A stretch of 62,560 nucleotides of DNA, filler included. It is 11 parts of 11 records of this genome, joined end to end, with 100 filler letters (N's around TTAATTAATTAA, not from the genome) between each part and the next. Parts side by side here need not be neighbours in the genome. Positions count along the whole stretch, not along the records: positions 46,757 to 58,486 come from SRR7504441_15896; 10 more parts are not named here. One strand, given 5' to 3'. A program made the position numbers and the translations under genes. Within the stretch, counting starts at the first letter, position 1, and every line of letters begins with the position of its first letter. Of this stretch, positions 47,256 to 58,586 are shown in pieces. The notes under the pieces were generated by a model. The model saw only the letters and a program-made list of their open reading frames with translations. It was not told the DNA's origin and searched no databases.

Positions 47256-50200
47256 CTAGGAGGTGGACACGCCAATTAGAGCTTTGGTGACTGGGTGCAC
47301 TGCATGTGCCACCTTGTGCCATATACTCATTGCATGAGGCAAGCTAAGTAGCATTAGGTGTACACTGGTGAGGCTCGTCTGGAGAACCAACCCCTCGAGT
47401 GCTTCAAGCCACTCCGGTGTGGGCCCCTCGTCCCTAACCTTTACGCTCATCCACCGCGCCAGCAGCTCCAAGTCAGTCGACCGAGAGAACCGGAATGCCT
47501 TCTCGAGCATCTTGGCGGTGCCTGCAGGCAAGACCTCCTCTTGCAGTAATAAATCCAGAAACACGAGCACCTGCCCTAAAGTCACCGGCAGCTGGGTAGC
47601 AGGGCACCTGTCTTCTAGTCCATCTGCTGACCGGGCGCGGGGCAGCCAGCTGCGCTTGTTTGAGCTCCCCAGGAGCAGCCTCGACGCTCCAAGCCTTGAG
47701 CAACTGGAGAATAGGCTGCAGCCAGGCCGTACTCGAGCTCAAGCCGCTCTGCGGAGGCAGAGGCAGGAGGCCCTTGCGGGTGAGCCATTTATTAAAGTCC
47801 AAACCGGCCTTGGGCTGGGTGAGCGGTGGGAATACTTCGAACATGAAGGCAAAGAAGTCGTTGGTGGTCACGCTCTGGAACATGAACGTTCTGCAGAACC
47901 GCGCCAGCGCTATGTTGAAGCCCTCAGGAGAGCAGCCGGCTACTCTTTGCATCTCTGATAACAACAAGGCTCCTTTCTCTGATGTTACCTCCTCACTAAA
48001 ACCAGAGGGAGTCTGGATGCGTGCGCCCTTTGAGACCAGCTGCATCGCCTCCGAGCAATGCTTGGACTCAGCTGCTAGTTGGACGGCTGTCCTCGCTATC
48101 TGGCTCGCCATCTGCCCAGTAGATACGCCCCAGATATGTGACATGACTTGCCGGCCAGCATACCTGGCCAGATTTCAGCAAGGCAAGCGATACAGGCCCA
48201 CCTGCAGAGGGCATTGCATAGCCAGGCGTCGTGCCAGGTAGCAGGTGTGACTTGGTGCCCGAACCACAGCGTGGCCACCGAGTAGAGCAGCGCCTCAGTG
48301 TCAGGGCCCGGCTCTAGGTTTCCCGACGCAGACACTGTCGAGAACGTGAAGTCCTGGGTAGCACACTGCTGTACAATCTCGAGGGAAATCAATGACAAAC
48401 ACGGAAACCCTCGCGTTATCATCGGAAAACCAGCCGGGGCCACCTGCATAGCCAACTTTCAGGGCCGAGCGCCTGTGGGCACGCACCACAATCTCGTGTG
48501 ATCCCCATGAGTGCTCCCCATAAAGGTTTGAGAAAGCAGCCAGCACCTGTCCTACAATGTGGGCCAGGGGTGCACACGAGCGTACCTCATCGAGCTTGCC
48601 ATCAAAGCACTGCAATGCAGCATCGATGCAGCCAGGGGGGCTCCAAACTCTCGAGGTATTGCCCACGACTGCCGACTCGAGCGACCCAGCGATCAGCATC
48701 ACAGCGTGCGATGCCACAGGCGACGCCATCTCAAACGTGTACTTGGAGCCAGCCAGCGTATGCTCTGTCGACTCGAGCGTTCCACTCATCAGAGCCATCA
48801 TGCCCTCCGGCACTGTGACAGTCGCCTTGAATGGAGTCTTAACAGACGGCGTGTCCTGGCAGGGGAAGAGCGCCCTGGCCATGCATGGTTCCCCTAGTGC
48901 GAGCAAGTAAGGGTACGAGTCGCCGGGCTCCCCCTGCACCAACGGTCAGCTCCCACGCTGCCAGTCTGGCTCACCTGCTCCAGCCACCTGACCGCCGCCC
49001 CGCTCATCACTCGATACTCCAGCTCCAGGGCCAGAAGCGTCTCCCGGTGGTCCTCAGGAAGGGCTATGTGGAGCACAGAGCCGTGGCCGGCCTCCGGCTT
49101 GCCGCTCGTCAGCTCAAACGCGAGATCCATGGCCACCCGCCCGGAATAGAGCTTGACCTGATCTATGTGCAGGCCGTGGACATCCAGCAGCACCCGATCA
49201 CACCGGGAGGTCTGCTTCTGCATCTCTAGCCGGGCCACCCCGCTGATTGATTGGGCGTCAAAGTCGATCTCCCACTCGAGTTCAATCATCAGCGAGGCAA
49301 CCTCCTTGGTGTTAGCCCCCGAAGTGGGGTCTGTTACTGAGCAGAGCGCCGGTTCGCCCTGGGCTGCCCGCACTGTCCCACCCGGGGTAGTTGGCAGCAC
49401 CTGTGGAGAGCCCTGGCCGCACTGGTCAGGTTGCAGGGCGGGCCGGAGCCTGCCTGGGATGGGCTGGCTGCAAACTTGCCAGGAGAGGGGCTCTGCAGGC
49501 CTGAAGTGTCTAGTCGAGGCGGGCGTGCAGCCTTGGGCTCTTTCATGGCCCGGAGTTCAGTCAGGAATTGCTCCTGAATGGGCGACGGAGGCGGCGACTT
49601 GGAGATTGTGGTTACCCGCGAGTCGCCCGCCGCTGCCTGCAGCCAGTGTCACGAGGGCTGTCAGCCAGGGGTGGACCTCGAGAGCAGTCTGAATTGTCTG
49701 TCCTCGCATCGCCCGAACTGGAGATGCGTCTGCCCTAACTGTTGGCGAGGCAGGGCTCTGGGCCATGGCTTCAATGTCGTGCGACGTCGGGATTTGAATA
49801 GGGGAGGGCTGGACCCTCGTCCGCCTATCGCTGGCTGCCGCCATGTTCTTAAAGCACGGCCGGAAGCCATTTGCAGCGTCACGCGAGAGCACTGCACCGC
49901 ACACAGTCCGCATCCTGGCGTAGAGCTTGGGCAGCGAGCCGCGGATATTGAGCCACTTGTCGAACGAAATGCGCCGCTGCTGATTGCCAGGCAATACACT
50001 GCTCAATGTCTCATCAGCCGCCTGAGACCCGGGCTCAGCCTGCGTGAATCGACGCCGCCGAACGCACCTCTTGCGCCAGCATCGCAATCTGGTCGAGTGA
50101 GCCTTGGAACTGGCGAGCCAGCTGGTGAATGTGTGCGGTGTCCACTTCGTACTCAGCCTCGAGGTGCGACCACTCCAGCTGGAGCACATTGAGCGAGAGC

Positions 50201-51610
50201 TGGCTCGAGAACCTGGCGCCCGCTCGGAGCCGCCCGCGGGAGCCCGCGCCGTATAAAGTGCTGGAAGAAGGACGAGATCTCCGTCTCCGACAGCGAGTTC
50301 TGGTCATTCAGATCCGACAAGAAGAATAAATACCTGTCCCAGCAGCCGTCAGTCCCCCGGCCGGCGGCTGGCCACCTCGCAAATTCGACCAGCCCTCCGG
50401 AGGCCATTCGGGCGATGCCGCTCCCGACCGCCCGCAGGTCTAGCTCGCCATGCTGCTCGGTGTCAAAGAAGGCGAACGAACGCTCAAACAGCGGCGAGTG
50501 CAGGTCGAGTCCGGCTGTAAGAGACCCGTCTGCAATCCACTCGCGCACGTGCTCCGCCGAGTACTCGAAGGCCTCCACGGAGAAGAAAGCGTGCGCAAAG
50601 CCCTCGAGAAGGAAGAGCTTGAACTCGTTCGGCTGCATCTTTGAGCCCTCCGTGTGCACTGTGCCAGACCCCCGTCAGCCCAGCGCGCCTGCGGCCGCAC
50701 CTAGGAACATCTCAACTATCTGGCCGGCCTCGGCGGCTGTGATCGCCAGCTCGGCCGATTCGATCACGTCTACCCCCCCGCTCTTGGCGCCCCGGGCCTG
50801 GCCCGCACCTGCAGACGCCCTGCTGAGCGTCGGCCGAATAGTCCTGTCGTCCCAGTAGACCAGACCGTCGCACAGTGCGAGCATGGTGCTGTACATGCCC
50901 GGCAGCAGCTCCCGCCCACCCAGCCAGGCCCGGTAGCCCACCCGCGGCTCGCCGCTCGGTCCGGGTTCGCACTCCATCTCTGCCAGCATCGATTGCGCCT
51001 CCTCCGTGGCCCTATCGGGTGCTGCGTCCAGCTGCCGCTCCAGCTCGTCCAGGTGTGCCTCTATCGCCCCGCGCTCCACCCCAGCCGCCAGCAGCGCCGG
51101 ACGCTCCAGCCTTCCTATGTTTAAAGCCAACTGCAGGTGCAGCGCCGAGGCCTCGCAGTAATAGTTGTCGAGCTCAGCCGCCCCGATCGAGCCGCAGCCC
51201 GTCAGATCGGTCACGAAGAACAGGAAGCGGGCCACTGTCCCAAAGGTTCCGACGGCCACCTTCTCAATCCCGTCGAGGACGTGCTTGAGCCGCAGCGCCC
51301 CGGCGGCCTCGGCGTCGAAGTACTCGAAGGTCCGGAGGAGCACCGAATTCTGTTGGGAGATCCCGCGGGCCAGCGCCCCGTCGGCGATCCAGCGGCGCAC
51401 CTGCTGGCACGAGCTGCTAAACGCCTCGTGGCTGAACAGCGAGTACGCGAACCCCTCGAGCAGGAAGCCACCGAACTGATCAGGGCCCATCGATCCGGAG
51501 GGCGCGTGGGCCAGGAACATGTCGACGATCCGGCCAGCCTGCTCCTGGGTCAGCTCGTGCTCCTCCAGCCGCTCCGCGTCCACCATGCCGTCCGCCCCGT
51601 GTTCTGTCAT
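47256..51610 (-). CDS. Tandem NCS/CBL-like EF-hand domains fused to a catalytically inactive LTA4H-like M1 aminopeptidase
   Basis: Two homologous N-terminal domains (FGGFLLEGFAYSLFSHEAF / FKLFLLEGFAHAFFSVEAF) and an S/P-rich linker. M1 part: DPTSGAN, IDFD...ISG, ARALFPCQDTPSVK, EKGALLL. HEXXH is replaced by YSVAT. Frames join through introns 50213-50249, 49637-49676 and 49401-49453. Confidence 0.75.
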
Positions 51611-51729
51611 TGCGTCTGCAGCCGGAGCCCCAAGCCCGGGGGTGCCGTTACTCGAGCCGCGTCAGTGGCGTCACCACGGCGGGATTGGTGGCGTCGTCGT
51701 GTGGCTAGGCCGGATGGGCGAGCTTTAAG

Positions 51730-53278
51730 ATGAACGAGGGCCCGCCCCCGCTGCCCGCGGCTGGGGAAGCAAGCATGGAGGCCGGCCCGCCCCCGCTGCC
51801 CGAGGCTGCCGACGCCGGCCCGCCCCCGCTGCCCGAGGCTGCGGGCCCGCCCCCGCTGCCCCCGATGACGCCGCCCCCGACCCCGCCGCCGGTGCTGGTG
51901 GAGCGGGTCAGCATGCAGCAGGCCAGCCCAGCCCAACAGCGTCCCGCCACCCCAGACCAGCCTCCGCCCGTCCAGTCCCCGGGCCTCCGGGAAAGGCGCG
52001 CCGCCCCAGCAGACGCACCGCCCCGGTCGCCCGCGGTCTCGCGTCGCCGGCGGCGGGAGGATTCGGCGGCGCTGCGGCTGGCTGCACGGCAGGCGGCAGA
52101 GGCGTCCGCCCCTCTGGCGCAGTTTAAGCTGCCCGAGCTATCGCAGCTGGTGCGTGCGGGGTCGACCACTGACATGTGTGGCGGCAGAGCCGGCGTGCGG
52201 TGGTTGCGGCTGCGGTGGGGGTGGTAACGCTGATTGCAGTGCTGTACAGGTAGCTGGGCAGCTGCTGGGTAGCTCAGCCTGCGGTGCAGCCTAGCGCAGA
52301 TGAACCTATCGCGGAGCCTGGCCACAACGTTGATGAGCCACAAGATCAGTTACCGCCAGGACTCCTTCCAGCGGTGCCCTCACGCGATGGCCTGGCTGAA
52401 TAGCTGCAGGGGCATAATGTACGTGAATGGGTACGCTCCGGGCGGCAAGAACATCTCGCGGGCAGTCGGCCACTTTAGGAGAGCGGCCAACGCAGGCGAT
52501 CCGAACGCGGGCACAGCGCTCGGAATATTGTATTACCAGGTCGGCCCGGGCTTGCGGTTGAGCTGATTGGCGGGTCAGGGCAGGAATGTGACGAAAGATG
52601 TGAAGGGGGCGATGCGATGGTTTGAGCATTCAGCTCATCTCGGTGATATTCGCAGCGGGTGGTCTGACCGATGGCGCAGGCGAGGTGAGGGCAATGTCAG
52701 TGCTGTGCTACTTACATTACAAGTAACGCCGGTCAGCGCTCACCGGGCACTGAGAGTGCGCTGGCAGGGGGCACGTAGATGCAACGATGGACTTTTTAAC
52801 TGCCGCAAAATGGTCGGACCAGGCCACCCAATCAGTGAGCCCCGAGGCAGGTGCCGGCGAGCAGCGGAGGAGGGGGACGCGCAGGCCTCGTTCAATCTGG
52901 GGGTGATGATTGCCCACGGGCAGGGAGAGGAGCAGGACTACAAGGAGGCGTACAAGGTGCCAGCACGGCCGCTCAGCTGAGTTAGCTGGCGCAGTGGATC
53001 TCACTATCTATGGGAGAGCTGAGAGACAGAGCGATAGACGCCCGGAACTCGCTGGTAGTGCGGATGTCTCTCGAGGAGGCAGCAGATCCCCGGCTGGCGG
53101 GCAGCTGAGCTTGTGGCAGGTAGAAGAGGCTGCAGAGTTGGTTAAGGAATGGAAGGACAGCATCAGGAACAAGAAACGGGCCCGGGTCACCTCCGCGCTT
53201 GCTTCGATGCTGCCGAGCTTTGCCAAGCGAGGCGCAACAGCTGGAGCGAGCCTGAAGAGCCTGCCTGCAGCAACATAG
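51730..53278 (+). CDS. Sel1-repeat protein with proline-rich N-terminus
   Basis: GPPPLP x4. Sel1 repeats: GIMYVNGY...AVGHFRRAANAGDPNAGTALGILYYQG, AMRWFEHSAHLGD, AAEEGDAQASFNLGVMIAHGQG..QDYKEAY. Confidence 0.8.
51739..51863 (+). repeat. Coding repeat GGCCCGCCCCCGCTGCCC x4 (GPPPLP)
   Basis: Four near-identical copies with variable spacers. Confidence 0.85.
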
Positions 53279-53562
53279 ACCTGTCTATAAGTATGGTGCC
53301 AATCATAAGCAATCGAGCAATCATAGAATGATGCCGATCTAGCATTTCAAAATTCCCTTGAATAAGCGTATCCTGGTACGGTCGATACCATGTTTATTGA
53401 GTTCAGCCAATATTGCTACAAATGTAGACTTGAGCCAAGTGCTCATCATACGTACGTACGTAATTTAACCTTAGGGTACCCTAGGGTTAATTAAGAGTTG
53501 TGCCAGTCCCACTGTTGTGCACTGTCAATGTTAATGAATAATTATCAAGTAAAAGCGTCTCA

Positions 53563-54397
53563 TCACCAATACCTGGCCCCAGCCCGACGGAGCGACTCTG
53601 CAACAGCCGAGTGCTGCTGCCGCGCCGCAGCATGCCACGCGGTCTCTCCCGTGCTATCTGCAATGTTGGAGTCAGCTCCAGCTGCGAGCAAGACCTCGAC
53701 AACATCCCCGTGCCCTTGCTCGGCCGCGCTGCAGCAGCCCTCAGCCACCCACCCCGGCCCAGCCAGTCACCGCCACAGCGCCGTGCGCCCGCTGCGACTC
53801 TGCAGATCGAGGCTGGCTTTAGCCCCCACCAGCGCCTCCACCACCGCTCTGTGCCCATACCAAGCCGCGCCGTACAACGGACACCGCCCGTCGGCATTCA
53901 GCGCATCCACGTTCGTCTTGGCGGCCAGCAGCGCCTCTACTATATCTAGCTGGTTCTCCATGGCCGCGGCCTCCAGCGGCAGCACCCCGCGACCATTCCC
54001 CTGATTCACCTACCGCCAGCCTCAGCCGGGCGCCTGCCAGCCAGCACACCTCGGCCTTGGCAGCCAGCAGCGCGTCGACCGCCGCCGCGTGCCCCTCATT
54101 TGCGGCAAGCCAGAGGGCTGTGCACCCGTCCGAGTCGGCGCCGTGCACGCCATGCCCGTCCGCTAGTAGCTGCCGCACACAGGCCGCATCTCCCCGGTCC
54201 GCGGCCGCCAGCAGCCCACGGTCGTGGCCGGAGAGCCGTGGCGAGCCGAGCGCCGGCGGTGGCGACCTCGGGGGGTCGGCCACGATGTCAGCTTTGATGA
54301 GCAGCGCCTCCTTGACGCCATCAGCGCAGGGGGGGGGCTCGGAGCCGCGGCTGGACACCCGTTCATCGTCGCAGTCGCAAGAGGAGCATAGACCCAT
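53563..54397 (-). CDS. Ankyrin-repeat protein with MGxC acylation-type N-terminus
   Basis: MGLCSSC. Repeats GCTALWLAANEGH, VLPLEAAAMENQ, CPLYGAAWYGH, AAEQGHGDVVEVLLAAGAD. Two introns. Confidence 0.85.
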
Positions 54398-54538
54398 CAG
54401 CCAGCCGCACAGCTCTTGCCCGAGGTGGATCTTGTCACGCTGGTCTTGTCAAGGCGCCTGTGCAGGCCCACACTGGCGAGTCCCCCGAGCGCTTGAGTTT
54501 GATTCGTAACGGAATTTTTGGGCTGGGATGATGCTGTG

Positions 54539-57175
54539 ATGCACGTCGAGAGGTTGAGGGAGGTTGTGGTCCGTCTGGTCCTGCTGCTGCCGCTGGCCAC
54601 CGGCTCGACAGCCGGCCGCAGCCCTGCCGTGCCGCTGGGGCTCTCGCTGGAGCTTTACAACAACAGCCAGGCGCTCGGCAGCCCGCACAGCACTCGGGTG
54701 GTCGCCGGGGCCAGCCTCGACCTGGGCAGCTTGGCCGGCCCGCTCTCGATCCGGCTACAGGGCACCTGGACTCCCAGCCAGACCGGCGAGCACGCGCTGA
54801 CCTGCGGCTGCGCCCCGGCTGACCACCTGTTCGTTTGGGTGGATGACCATATGATCTGCGATACCCGCGCCTGGGCCGGCTGGCAGGGCCCGGCCCGGGG
54901 CCCAGCAGCCATCCCTCTGGCGGCCGGCAAGCCTGTGTACATCCGAGCGCACCTACACCGGGCTGCCAGCCGGCCGTCGGTCCCCGTCACCCTCAGCCTG
55001 CAGCGCAACACCTCCGGCGGCGTGCTCCGGCCGGTCCACCCGAGGGAGCTCAGCCCGACGGTCCCGGCCCTGCAAGCCCGTCGGATGGCGATGCAGCGCG
55101 GCCTACTGCGCGGCTGGAATTGCTGGTGGAGCACAATCGGGGCCAGGCCGGGCTTCCGCGGAGGGATGCTCGCTATCGCGCTGCTGCCAGAGAGCTTTGC
55201 GCTGACGACGGTGCTGTGCCAGCTTTCCACCGGGGCTTGTCTTAGCGAATCCACAGTCGCCGGCACGCTGACTGGGCCGCAGCGTGTCCGGCCGGGGATC
55301 AAGAGCCTGAACGGGGAGTACGCCGAGCTGTGGGCCCCGGCTCCGGGTGGGTTGAACGTATCCATCCAGTGGAGTGCTGCAGCCGCCGATGACAGCCTGA
55401 CAGTGCTGATCAGCCCGCTACCGAATAGCACGCAACACCTGAACCTGTCCGATTATGCGGTGGCAATGACAGGGAGGTTCGTCTGTTGGAATGGAGAGCA
55501 AGGGCTCTGCTCGGCTGGAGAGGTGAGCTCGGACGGCACGACGCTAGTCGGGACTGCCGCCGGGCTGCGGACGGTGAGAGCTGTGGCCAGCCGGCCATCA
55601 ATCAGGGCGGATGGCCTCAATGTCTCGATGAATGAGCAAGCACACCCTTTCGTGCTGGTCCGGCTCTCCCAGCCTGTTGCTCTGTGCGCAACCGCTGCAG
55701 CTCGCGCTGCAGTGGCACTGCCGTGCTCGGTGGATGTGGTGACAGCAAAGCTCGCAGCGCTGCGAAGCGAGGAGGTTGCGTCGTACAGCAAGCACATCGG
55801 TGGCGGCAAGCTCTCGACTGCGGTTGAGGCGATGCAGTCTGTGCTGATGTGGAACACGATCTGGAATCCATCCGAAGCAGGCCCATGGGCCAACGTGGAT
55901 CGCGGGTGGGGCCAGCCGTACTGCATGTTCGCCTGGGACAACTTGTTCGCAAGCTACATGCTCAGCTTCCAACCGGGCTCCCGCGACTTGGCGATTTCTA
56001 ACTTGATTCAGATCGTCAAATCTCGCGTGATGGCTGGCTTTGTGCCCGGTTATTCTAAGGGGATTGAGAAGACCCGCGACAAGACCGAGCCGCCCATCGG
56101 CAGCAAAATCCTCCTCGAGATTTACCTGCGCTACAGAGAGGATGCGCTCTGGCTAGTCGAGCTTTTATTCGATGACTTGTTTGGATGGCACAGCTGGTTT
56201 ATGCGACGGCGGATACTGCGACCGCTCGGGCTGGTCTGCCTTGGGAGTGATCCCATCAATACAACCGCAGGTGCAGGCGATTCGCGAGTGGATCCGAATG
56301 ACTGGAATATTAACCAGATGCAGGGCGCCCGGTACGAGAGCGGCCAGGACGACTCGCCGCTCTATGACGAAGGCAGCGACCCACTGTTCAATGCTAGCTC
56401 GCACCACATGGAGATCTACGACGTGGGCTTCTCGAGCATGTTTGTCATGGAGGCTCGGGCGCTGGCAGAGCTCGCCCTCGCGCTCAACCGGACCGCTGCA
56501 CGTGCCACCTTGCTCGAACGGGCAGCAGCGATGCAAGGCCTGATCGGCAAGCACCTGTGGGACGCGTCCCGTAGCGTCTTTGCGAATCGCTTCCTTAAGA
56601 ACGACACGCTGAGCGCCAAGATCGGGCCGACCAGCTTCTACCCGCTGCAAGCCGGCACGGCGACCGTGGCACAGGCCGAGGCAATGGTGTCTGGCTGGCT
56701 ATCGAATCGCAGTCGGTTCTGTGTCAGTGAGGATTGGCCGTTCAAAGGCGCCGCCCCGGTGAGGATTGGGTTGAATGGCACCGACATCAGCTGCTTCTGG
56801 GGGCTGCCCTCGATCAGCGCCGATGACGAGGAGTATTGCAATGGCAACCAGGGACATTGTGGCTACTGGCGCGGGCACACTTGGGGACCCTTGGCCATGT
56901 TGACTTACTGGGGCTTGCGAGATCCGAAATACAAGGGCTCTGTCGTCGTCACCAAAGCCCGTAAGGCGCTCGTGCGGCAGATGCGAGAGATGCTCGGTGC
57001 GGTGTGGCGGGCGGAGCACCACGTGTGTGAGAACTACTCGCCGTGGAGGCAACAAGGCGCCCCGAGCTGCACCGGCGATCCTTTTTATACGTGGGGCGGG
57101 CTGAACGGGCTGATGAGCTTTCTAGAGGCGGAGCAGGAGGCAAAGGAGCACGGTCTAGATGATAGCAATTTTTAA
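54539..57175 (+). CDS. Secreted PA14-like + MGH1-like/GH63-type glycoside hydrolase, intronless
   Basis: Signal peptide. PA14-like GLSLELYNN...SIRLQG...LFVWVDDHMI. Catalytic part FAWDNLF, DKTEPPIG, YESGQDDSP, PTSFYPL, YWRGHTWGP, ENY, FYTWGGL. Confidence 0.88.
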   Translation: MHVERLREVVVRLVLLLPLATGSTAGRSPAVPLGLSLELYNNSQALGSPHSTRVVAGASLDLGSLAGPLSIRLQGTWTPSQTGEHALTCGCAPADHLFVWVDDHMICDTRAWAGWQGPARGPAAIPLAAGKPVYIRAHLHRAASRPSVPVTLSLQRNTSGGVLRPVHPRELSPTVPALQARRMAMQRGLLRGWNCWWSTIGARPGFRGGMLAIALLPESFALTTVLCQLSTGACLSESTVAGTLTGPQRVRPGIKSLNGEYAELWAPAPGGLNVSIQWSAAAADDSLTVLISPLPNSTQHLNLSDYAVAMTGRFVCWNGEQGLCSAGEVSSDGTTLVGTAAGLRTVRAVASRPSIRADGLNVSMNEQAHPFVLVRLSQPVALCATAAARAAVALPCSVDVVTAKLAALRSEEVASYSKHIGGGKLSTAVEAMQSVLMWNTIWNPSEAGPWANVDRGWGQPYCMFAWDNLFASYMLSFQPGSRDLAISNLIQIVKSRVMAGFVPGYSKGIEKTRDKTEPPIGSKILLEIYLRYREDALWLVELLFDDLFGWHSWFMRRRILRPLGLVCLGSDPINTTAGAGDSRVDPNDWNINQMQGARYESGQDDSPLYDEGSDPLFNASSHHMEIYDVGFSSMFVMEARALAELALALNRTAARATLLERAAAMQGLIGKHLWDASRSVFANRFLKNDTLSAKIGPTSFYPLQAGTATVAQAEAMVSGWLSNRSRFCVSEDWPFKGAAPVRIGLNGTDISCFWGLPSISADDEEYCNGNQGHCGYWRGHTWGPLAMLTYWGLRDPKYKGSVVVTKARKALVRQMREMLGAVWRAEHHVCENYSPWRQQGAPSCTGDPFYTWGGLNGLMSFLEAEQEAKEHGLDDSNF

Positions 57176-57730
57176 ATAGTTATATCTGTCTGCATACTCG
57201 TACGGTCAGGCATCCTCCAGCTCCACCAGGCCCTTAGGGTGGGCCACCGCCAGCCTTTTCGCCTCCTGCCGCCCGCCTGAGCGCGCGCTCGCCCGGCCCG
57301 GCGCACCGCCAGCAGCTTCTCGAACGTGCCGCTCAGCTTGCTCTCGTTCTCTTCGAACCCGGCGTCCAGCCGCGACACTAGTTTAAGCCGGCCCTGCCCC
57401 GCGCTCGCCCGGGCCCGTGCCGGCGGGCGGTACCCTGATGACCCGGGAGCCTGCCAGCGACTCGAGGAACTCTCGCTCGACCTCAGAGATCCCGAGCTCG
57501 TTGGTACGCAGCGTCACTACCATCTGGCCAGCCGCTGGCCGGCGGCGGGGGCGGGGGGCCGCCTTGGTGTCTTTGTACTCCTCGTCCGGAGACTGCGGCT
57601 GCCACCGGAGGGTGAGCGAGGGGACGTCGGGGAACGAGTGTGGTATCTCGTCGCCCGGCGGAAGCGCCCACCAGGCGCAGCCCCGCCGGCCCACGCGCGT
57701 GGCCACAGCCGCCCTCCGGGCGAGCAGCAT
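57172..57730 (-). CDS. Hypothetical protein (possibly organelle-targeted)
   Basis: ATG 57730 MLLARRAAVATRVGRRG (Arg-rich presequence-like), continued across probable introns. Confidence 0.45.
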
Positions 57731-57831
57731 GCCTCACGATCACAGTAACGGACGTGGTCAACGGCATTTTGGCAAGGCCTATTGACCTATTCCTGATCTC
57801 CGAGCAGCACTCGCACGGTGCGACGGGTCGG

Positions 57832-58419
57832 ATGAGCTCGCGGCCCAAGCGGGCGGAGAGCGGTCAGCCTGGGTGAGGCTAAGAGGGGATGAACGCGGAC
57901 GTGGCCGACCAAGTGCTGCAACGGCGGGCCAACTTCATCCGCTCGGCGTTCGGCTTCCTCGGTGCGGGGCGGCTGGGCTGAGCTCACCGCGGTGCAGACA
58001 TCGACTCGGGTGGTACGCTGACCAAAGACGAGCTAGCTACCACATGCGCAGTGATAGGTGCGCTCGGTGTGGGTGGGGGGGTGCCCGACCGGGCCGATTG
58101 GCAGGCCTGAAACTCACCGATGAGGAGGTGGAGGACATCATCCACGAGTATGACGGCGATGCCTCCGGTGAGTGCTCGCACTCGCAAGGCGCTGTGGCTG
58201 AGCCCGCGGTGATGCCCAGGCAATTTAGACATAGATGAATTCGTTCAGCTGGTACTCTCCAGAACTAAGGACCCGAACGAGGAAATGCGTGAGGCGTGGT
58301 CTTTTTTCGACGTCGACCCTGGGCAGATGTTACCAGGACGCAGAGCACGGCCAGGGAGCCAAGCCGACCCGCGACCCCCATGTCAATCTGGTGGTGATCT
58401 GTCACCTGAATTTTCTTAA
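57832..58419 (+). CDS. Calmodulin/centrin-like EF-hand protein
   Basis: Spliced IRSAFGFLDIDSGGTLTKDEL...GLKLTDEEVEDIIHEYDGDASGNLDIDEFVQL...EEMREAWSFFDVD. Confidence 0.8.
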
Positions 58420-58586
58420 GCTGAATTTTGGTCTCGTCACACTCTCCTCACTGCATTTGATGTCTCAATTTTCTGAGCGGTGTCCTNNNNNNNNNNNNNN
58501 NNNNNNNNNNNNNNNNNNNNNNNNNNNNNNTTAATTAATTAANNNNNNNNNNNNNNNNNNNNNNNNNNNNNNNNNNNNNNNNNNNN

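Noticed and set aside
6708-58586. Repeated TTAATTAATTAA flanked by Ns as a biological repeat or CRISPR-like array
   Set aside because: It is an identical synthetic 100-bp linker joining contigs. Gene clustering across these linkers was therefore not interpreted.
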